Positions 36,466 through 44,696 of a stretch of DNA of 44,696 nucleotides are shown here, piece by piece; the stretch's first letter is position 1, and every line of letters begins with the position of its first letter. Source of the DNA: Klebsormidium nitens. Lineage: Eukaryota; Plantae; Klebsormidiophyceae. A program made the position numbers and the translations under genes. The stretch covers positions 1 through 44,696 of the forward strand of contig DF237621.1 of the NCBI GenBank assembly GCA_000708835.1. Reading direction: 5' to 3'. Below the pieces are notes generated by a model that saw only the letters and a program-made list of their open reading frames with translations, was not told where the DNA came from and did not search any database.

Positions 36466-38751
36466 TCTCTGCGAGTCTGCGGCACAGTCTGCTCAAGATT
36501 TGCGGGGGCTTGCAAGTGCGGGGTGGCGCCGCCGTCCTTATAGCCGGTCATCCGTTTCCAGCCCCGCGGCTGATCCCACTCTTCACGGTAATCATACGAC
36601 GGAGGGCCGCAAATGCCTACGTGGCAGTCTTGGAAGCAATCCGCTCTGACATTGCACTTACTTTTGGGGAGCTTCTGCATCCGCCGACCGATGGTCCGAA
36701 CTTGTCACTGCGTCACGCTTGAGAAAATCAGAGAAGCTGCAGTCCGCGTTTTGCGGCAGCCGGGTTGACCCCCAAGCGACTTACGGCGTCAGACCATCAT
36801 GATCATACGGTAGGTACTCTAGCTTGTACACTTTGCACGCTACAGAATCACGATTCACCATGGAGTCCACTTCAAGGTTTTGCATGGCTGGAGCATCAGA
36901 GTCCCCGGTCACAGAAGGAACACGTCACACTCAGTCATCGCCAGTCTGGCCGCTATTCTCGAAATTGACGTCGGCGCGAAGACCGACCGCCGGGACTTGC
37001 CGACCAAGTTGCACGTTGATGGGCCAAACTGACCTAGAATTCTTTAGAGGTCGTGGTTCAAGGACAGTCGCTACCTATTTGTTGCATTAGTTGCCTACGT
37101 GATGACGGTAAATAGCTGTGCAGCGTGCTGTGCTCCTTGCCCCAGGGGCCAACTGGCAACAACGAGTCCCCGTCACGGTGCCGTAGAGGATAAACGGCAA
37201 GCGGGACAGCCAGTTGCTGATTGTACCCCTAAAAGAATTCTGATTCCGTGATTGTTGTGAAGATTAGGTCGCAGTTAGAAGCGCCGCTTGACAGACGGCA
37301 TACTTTGTTCCGTAAATATTCGGGTTTACCGGGAAACCCCGGATCTCGCGCAAGAAACCGTTTCTTTCCCAATATATCCACACTAATAAATATCCAATAT
37401 TTGCCGGGCTCGGGCCCCGGGGCCCGGGCGGTGGGAGGGGACGGAGCATTTTTAACTACTTATAATCATCATAGCGCCGAGCTCTTCTACCGGTAAGCCA
37501 GGGATCTGGGGCTCCGACAGGTGACAAGTCGGGGATTTTCTAGATGCATACTCAAACCTGCCTGCTTTCGCCAAGCTACCGGTACATCATAGTCCGGGTT
37601 TTATTGCACGGTGCACCCCAGGGGCGAGGCAGCTAGCTCGGATATGTCTCGCCTGTTGCAGTCGGACGTGCAGGGTGAACACGCATTGGCCCCCTTGTCC
37701 GATCCGATTTTACACGGTACACACTGCACAGCTTTTCCCAGCTGTCCGGTCCCGGTAGAAATTTTTGAGGAATTCATGGAAACAGAAGATAACCTCCAAC
37801 CACCAGGTTTCGAACCTAAAATAGCCATATCGCCCCGCACAGCGGCGCCCGGTTGCACAGACTGTGAGGTCCATGCTTACGGTACAGGTACGGGTATGCC
37901 TTAATTAAGTTGCATGCTTGCGCTGCAAGTCGGACTACAGCTGTACACAACCGTGCAGTACTAATACGGTAGTGTATGTACGGCATTCAAAGCTGCCAGG
38001 AACATGCTCGCGCGTTCGAGCTGCAACTTCTAATTCTTATGAACTTCCATGTGCGTGACATGGTAATATGCTGCCACCATTCACTTAGCGTCCGAAATGC
38101 AACAGGCAATTCGCTTGTAGTAGTGATGGCATCAGTGCTCGATCATGATGCAGCCTGCTAATAAACCTATTAGCAACATGACGGTCCGGCCCAGCCGGAG
38201 ATATCATATGCAGCTTCTCCTTCAAAGCAATCATTGAACATGCGGGCCAGCAGCACATGCTTCTTTGTGTCAGTAGTTGCGATGTGCAATTGTGGCTGCA
38301 ATTTGGAAAAATGGACCAAGTCACTAAGTCTGTACCATGGGGTTGGACACTAATCTAACAAGAGAAGATATTTTAAAGGTAGAGTATTAGGACAACAATA
38401 GAATATAAGCGTAATGCCAAAAAGGCATGTTTGGACCTTCATGGGCTCATCCACAAGTAACGTTAAGTCAGCAGACCAAGTGTCCGCTTTGCGGTAGAAA
38501 GGCTCGAGGCAGGGATGACGACGTTAGCATGGGACCAATGCTTATGAAGGCATACGCTGCGCACAGTTTTGAAAAAGCACTCACTGTCGTCATCAGAATG
38601 CGCTGAAGCAATGCACCGAAGTGATACAAAAGCAAAGATACGGTCGTGGTATGCTTCAATGCACAGTTTTCGAAGCAGGCCAAGGCCCTTCATGTGTTCC
38701 GACCACGACGAACGCTCCACTTGTCATTTCAGACGACACTTCCCCAAAGTA

Positions 38752-41700
38752 TTACCCCTGCAAGAGAGGTAGACAAACTCATTGACTTGTACCCCAAAAA
38801 GGATGACTTGCCAAAGTACTCCAGAGTTCTTTGCTTACACACTAACAAACACTAAGGGACCTTTGAAGCATATGGCAAACATCAACTACCATACACTCAT
38901 CACTTGCAGACAGTCCTTGTAGACAATCCTTGTAAAGGCGAAAGCTAATGCCTTACCTCTTCCATACGATCCGTTTCCTTGGCTTGGGCTCCTGTACCGT
39001 CTACCAAGATATCGCTAGGCAGTTGGCCCGATCGCAAGGCCTGCAATACGATTCAGATTGCAAGTCGCTTGAGTCGTCGATGATCAGAAACTCTCACACA
39101 GACGGCTGTGCAACCCTCACATGTCCAATAGGCACCGATGTAGAGAAAAGCCGACAAAATGAGAAAACAAACGTTCAATGGCCCAGCCTGCCTGCTTACG
39201 GCTCTGCGAACTTAGCTCCAGTTCGCAACCTGAACGCACAAATGGAGCTGTACCCTTAAATGCAGCACCTTTCGCAGGCAACATAACGGAAATCATCAGC
39301 TCGACTAGTAAATCTCAAAAGTGCGAAGAATTGGCAGAAGGTACGAAGACGAGAGAATTGAAAGGAGTGACGGGCAACACATTCGCTACACTTAGCAGCA
39401 GTGATTCTTGAAAAGCAGTGGGCCAATCGAGCCGCAATCAAGAATCTGTGAGCAGCCTGTTGTAATCGGTGGCCGCTTGATGCAATGCGATGCAATCGCC
39501 ATTGGGCTCTTGCAGCATAGGCACACTCAGTTTGCAAAATTTATTTGTTTGCTGAAGAATTCTTCATGTGTCAAAGCGGGTGGCACATCCGTCTCATAAC
39601 GTCACTGCACTGACATGACAGCAGTGCTCACGAGAAAAGTAGACCAAGGTCGACAACCATCTTAACGAGTTGCGGCTCCCCACGGCACTCTCAGCTCCAG
39701 TATAAGGCATCGAGTCTCAACAAGCAGATACAAGGGGATCGCAACTCCGTGTCGACGAGTAACACTTCCAGGAGACAAGAAGGAAGTGGAGCAAATGTCA
39801 GGCCCACCTTTTCAAGACGCGTCACCTCTTCCAGGGTCTGTGCAGTGGCGATTGCAGCCTGCCAAGAGGAAAAGGGTGACGTCAGTGCTGGTGTCTCGGA
39901 TCATTGGGCTTTCCTGTGGTTTAGGTGTCAAACGGGCTGACACATAAAGCGACAACAGACGCACTTGAACGACCGATGTTCCAAATAAGATTTCAACTCA
40001 TAGCATGTTTAGTGGCGAAACGCGTCAAAAAGCTGCTGAAGACGTACTGGAAGCTGGTAGAAAGTGGAAACCAATGCGATTTCAGCAGTACTTTAGTACC
40101 ATACGCGGACAACAAAAAACTGTGCTACTGGAATGGACCTCAACATGAGAGAGATACCGAAGGCTCAAGAGTCTTGCTAACGATTTCGTTAATCTGAGTA
40201 GCTTATTCCACTTGACCCCGCTGTTCCTTCTCGCTTCCAAGAGAAACCGTTCTTAAACTTCTGGGCAAATCAATGTACACAATCAAAAACGATTAACTGT
40301 GCTTAGCCTGCTCGCAACCAGTTCGTTATCCATAACAAGGACAAACAACACCAAAATCGACAGAACAGGAAGAAAAAACGGGCTTCAGTTCAGCTCTCCG
40401 CAGCAAACGCAGACGCTGAGCTAAGCTGTTCAACAGATGAACACGGCCAGAGACGCCAAACAAGACACGTAGACACGTAGACACGACTTCGATGTCACAC
40501 CTCAGCCTGCTTCGCTTCTTTCCGTTCAACCGCGAACGGAACGGCTTACTTCGCTCATGAGCAGATCCCCAGTGCCTGATGATCGTCACAAATCGCAACA
40601 TGCAGCTCTCGTCACCAACAGAGTCAGCCAACTACTCAAAAGCGAACGGCATATTCACCACCATAAAACTGTCGACAGTCGCGTTTCGTCTTGCAACAAA
40701 TATTCGTGGAACGCCATACCCAAGGAAACCGGTTCGGAAAATCAAACTGACCGCGAGCGCCTCACCTTGATAGCTGTAATCTGTTCTGGCGTGGGGCCCG
40801 TTTTCTTCGGCTCCTCTGTTTTCTCCGCCCCCTCGGTCTCGATGCCCTCCCCGGGCACAAACGTCTTTGCCGCCTCGGCCTGCTCCTCTGCCGACCCCCC
40901 AAACGCTTTTTGCGCCTCAAGCCGTTCCTGCACCAAGGTAGGAACGTACAGAGGTTCTGCTTATTTTCAAAAAGAAACCGGTGCAACGATGAAGGAAAGG
41001 TCTGGTGTTCGCCGCCTCGCCTGCTCCTTTGCCGAACCCCCAAGCGCTTTCTGCACCTCGAGCCGTTCCTGCACCCAGGCATCACCGTATAAAGGTTCTG
41101 CTTATTCCAAGGAACACCGATCAAGAAAAGGTCTGCATAGTCAAACGCGTAATCGCCTGGTAAAAAATCGCAAGCATGGCCACCGAAGAAGTTGTACCAA
41201 AAGTGGGCGTTGTAAGCGCGCTTGCAATCGGACGACTCGGTCCACCCAACTGGCCATCGCCAAAGCGGTGCAAGAAGGTGGATGGCTGTGGAAATGATAC
41301 TGTCGGCGTTGGATTCGCCATCCAACAAGCCCGTATACCCAAGTGATATTCTGGGAGCTCGCTGGAACAACCTCAACGAATGACTCCGGCTGCAACATTC
41401 CTGATAATCATGCTGGCGCATGAACCTCGTGATCCGTTCGCTCCGGACCAAAATAGGGACAAAGCATGTCAAAGCGGGCGTGCCATGCATGGCTAACGAA
41501 GGTCTTCGTCTTGCTGAAATCGTGACTACAGATTGTCAATGCCTTTAGCCCTAGCGGCTGATGTCACTCAAATGTCAGAGCCCAAACCACAAGTCTGGAC
41601 TGAAGAAGGCCAGGTCGTTCAAAAGGTTTGATCGATGCTCTTACGACCACTGTACATGCTACGGAAGTGTAGTGTCGACTTAGAGCTTCTGGGTTCTTGA

Positions 41701-44359
41701 GGACTCGCGAGCCAGAGGTCTGATGTGCGGATGCGTCGAATGGTGACTGCCGTTTCTAAAACAGAGGGAGGGCTTCGAGAAACACAGACCGTCAGCGTCT
41801 TTCCGTCAATTTGAAGTATTTGAAGTCGACATTTCGTTGTATTCAAAAGAGCTCCACAAGAACCCGACCGTCAGCCTCTCACCGGTTGTTTGAACTGTCC
41901 GCACTCGAGAAGTCGCAGTCGCAGTAAGAAGAGCTTCAAAAGAACCAGACTGTCGGCGTCTCACCTTTTGTTTGATCTTTTTGAAGTCGAGCAGCCGCAG
42001 GCCCGGACACCGGTGGATGACGTACAACCGGTACTGCGGTTTTTTCGTCACCTCGTTGTCTAGAAGGCTCAGGAATTGCAGTTTTGGGAGGGTGGCGAGC
42101 GGGTCTAGGTCGGGGAGGTTGACAAGCTTGTTGGTCGTCAGGACAAGCGTCGTCAGTTTTGGAAGGGAAGCTGCACAGGAAGACGCTTGACTTCAGGGCC
42201 TGCTTAATGCTTGTATGCTCGCCGTAGATCTTTGGTGAAATTTCCACAATTGAAACAGGGCGAAACGATTTTGAGGGGATTGACGATCTTATCAAGTGGT
42301 AGGGTGAATACTGACAGATACAAGAGCAGCTGCATATTTGAAAAGTGTGGAGACGCTCGCGAACGTGGGGGACCGCCTCGTATGACTCCGTGCTTCTTGC
42401 CGAAACGAAATGCTTGAAGCTTGCCCGTTGTCAGGACGCACGTCAACCATTCTAGGAAGCTTCAAGCACGAAGCACCTGCGGTGGACAAACATTGTGATT
42501 GCAGCCTGATTCCTCACAAGCCCCCTTCAGCCCCTATCCCTGCCCGCAGATATGTCTTTACCCCCCTCCTCAACCGCAGACTGCCTAAATTGCTACAACA
42601 GTTGGAAACAGAGGCGTACGAAGCATGAGGCAAGACGCAGATTGGCAAAAGCTGGTCCCGGTAGCTAACAAGGTGCCACCTTGTGACAAGCAAACAGGAG
42701 TGTGACCACAGTCACACCTATATGTCCTAGGCAGAGACACCAAGGCCAGCAGGAGCATTCACGAAAGACCCGAGTCTGCAGCCTACTTAACATATCAAAC
42801 ACGTCCTATTGAGGAGTATGTACCTCCAGTTCTACGACTCCGCATGCTATGCGCCAAGGATATGTGGTGACAAATAGAGTCGCCCTGGCGTTGAATTCAA
42901 TTGCACTTGCGCTAAATCCAATTGCACTTGGTACAAACAATCGGTTTCCAAGCATGCCGTCCAAAATTCATTATCCAGGTAAGCAATCCCTCAAAACCTC
43001 ATACAAAGAGACCAGGAACCTCTTGTGCAACGCTTCATTGATGCTCCGTTGACCGCAGCGAACCTTTATTTGCTGTTACGTCCACTGGTAAATTACCATG
43101 TTTGTGCTTTGCTTTGATCGATGATATGGACTTTGAAGATTGGCTGACCTCACCTCCGAGATTTGCATGGAGCCTTGCTATTCGGTTGTTGTTGGCTAGG
43201 AGCGTGCTGAGTCTCCGGAGTAGAGGGAAGCCCTCCAGTTTCACTATTTCATTATCCGAAAGGTCGATGCTGTCAAATTGATCCTGCCACATCGATGTAA
43301 AAATTTATTGATAAGAGTTGCAAGAATTGCCGCCAAAGTTGATGACCAAGCAATACGATGATAGATCTCAAAGAACCAGCGGGGAAAGCAGACGATGGCA
43401 CGGCCACTTCATATTCTTCTGACCTATTGCTGGTGGCGTTTGTGACCGCATAACGAACCTGAAGTCAACGAACAGGTTTGCATCAATGGCCCTAAGAACC
43501 TCAAGCAGATGGAGCACACCAAACAGGAGAATGTGGACCAGGACTGCGCCCCAACAAAGATCAATAGGAAGGGAGGCCACAGGCAAGGGGTTCATTGTAC
43601 ATATTCAACCGCCACTGTCATGCTGACGGTTGCTGAATGCGGAAAGATTCACTTGACAGATAATCAACGAAACAACTGAAAGTTTGGGAGACTGACCTCA
43701 GTGGCTCCGAGGTTCTCCACGACAGCAATTTTGCTTCCTGCAAAAGTGGCTTGGTGGTAGGATGAAATTCGACGTCCCCAAACTCGAAAAGCATCGCTTC
43801 AGGCAGAACATGCCTCCAAATGCAAACGCTTGCGAAGCGCAGTCATTTGAAGACTGCGAGCTCAGGTGCAAATTCTTGATGGAAAAGAGGCCCTGACCCC
43901 CTTCTTCAATCCCCTTACGACAATTAAAACCGCAGGGTTAAATGAAGCATTTAGGGTTTGACCAAACAAAATCTCACCAATGCAATCTGCTCCTGGTATC
44001 AGCAATTGGCTACATCTGGTAGATTCTTACAATTCATGACTGAAGTTGACTCCTTGTCATGCCAACACGAAAATCATGAGAGCCGCTGGCATTCTCCCCT
44101 TCTCATTCAGAACGGACCATTACCAGAATCCAAAGATATATACTTCTGCGCATGCTTGAGAGATTGATGGAGAAAGATCCATGTTTTAGAAAGCATCCAA
44201 ACATTCACGACCGCGTTGCCTAACTCAGTCATCAATTTTCAGATATGTTAGGAACTGCGCATTGGAGACCTACTTACCACGAAGATCAAGCTCCCGCTCC
44301 TTGACTGCATTGAAGTACTGGGGCGACTGCAATATCAAGTCTGCAGTAAGTCGGACCAT
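38752..44359 (-). CDS. SNRPA1: U2 small nuclear ribonucleoprotein A' (LRR protein), ~253 aa, 8 exons
   Basis: Exons 44278-44359, 43697-43737, 43154-43283, 41965-42170, 40766-40927, 39808-39858, 38957-39040, 38752-38757 (762 nt). Sequence: MVRLTADLILQSPQYFNAVKERELDLRG, ENLGATEDQFDSIDLSDNEIVKLEGFP, NNNRIARL, YRLYVIH...LLDF, PTPEQITAIKAAI...QTLEEVTRLEKALRSGQLP. The final 2-codon exon is less certain. Confidence 0.93.
41006..41110 (-). repeat. Degenerate copy of U2A' exon 5 acceptor plus exon start
   Basis: GCCGCCTCGCCTGCTCCTTTGCCGAACCCCCAAGCGCTTTCTGCACCTCGAGCCGTTCCTGCACC...AGGTTCTGCTTATT duplicates 40866-40970, 140 bp away. Confidence 0.9.
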
Positions 44360-44696
44360 GATCCTCCGTGTTTATCAAAAGGTTTGGCAAATGCAGAACA
44401 CAGGCCTACCTAATTGAAAAACGACCTTATCTGAGGTTTTGATTACCTGCCTAGATTGGATCACCTAATCCAAATTCCTACTTCCACTGATTGCTGCTCC
44501 TAATTTTCGAGCAACGAAGGGCTGAGCAGGAAGAAGCACCAAAATTGATCGCCCCAGGGCCTTGCTGCCTACCTATTTTCTGCTTTGCCTGTACCTACTG
44601 TGAAATCTGACTGACATCGACTCATGGACTTTGAGAGTGAGTCTTCAGGCATTCTCTGTCGAACCATTGGCATTGCTCTCAAGTGAGTGTGAATAC

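Noticed and set aside
37512-37543. Hairpin followed by CTAG, like a Helitron 3' end
   Set aside because: The stem is weak, CTAG is followed by A rather than T, and no matching 5' TC end was identified.

Overview
Intron-rich eukaryotic genomic DNA. Land-plant-like proteins, GC-rich exons and multi-hundred-base introns suggest a streptophyte green alga, e.g. Klebsormidium-like (inference). Five spliced genes were assembled by hand with consistent exon phases: a secreted bacterial-looking GH16 glycoside hydrolase (+, 3330-5863), cohesin SMC3 (-, 25 exons, 7826-21867), the Delta24-sterol reductase DWF1/DIMINUTO (+, 6 exons, 22599-29805, head-to-head with SMC3), an F-box protein with an unrecognised C-terminal domain (-, 4 exons, 31494-36465) and U2 snRNP A' (-, 8 exons, 38752-44359). 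The most striking feature is that introns of all five genes carry about 30 decaying tandem 'echoes' of the adjacent exon boundary, each made of a splice site plus a piece of exon. Acceptor copies lie upstream of their exon and donor copies downstream, in arrays of up to five. Other notable items are a U12-type AT-AC intron in SMC3 whose 3' end is itself copied three times, a GC-AG intron in the GH16 gene, and a TA-flanked 274-bp MITE. All protein identifications are from recalled family motifs; no database search was run.
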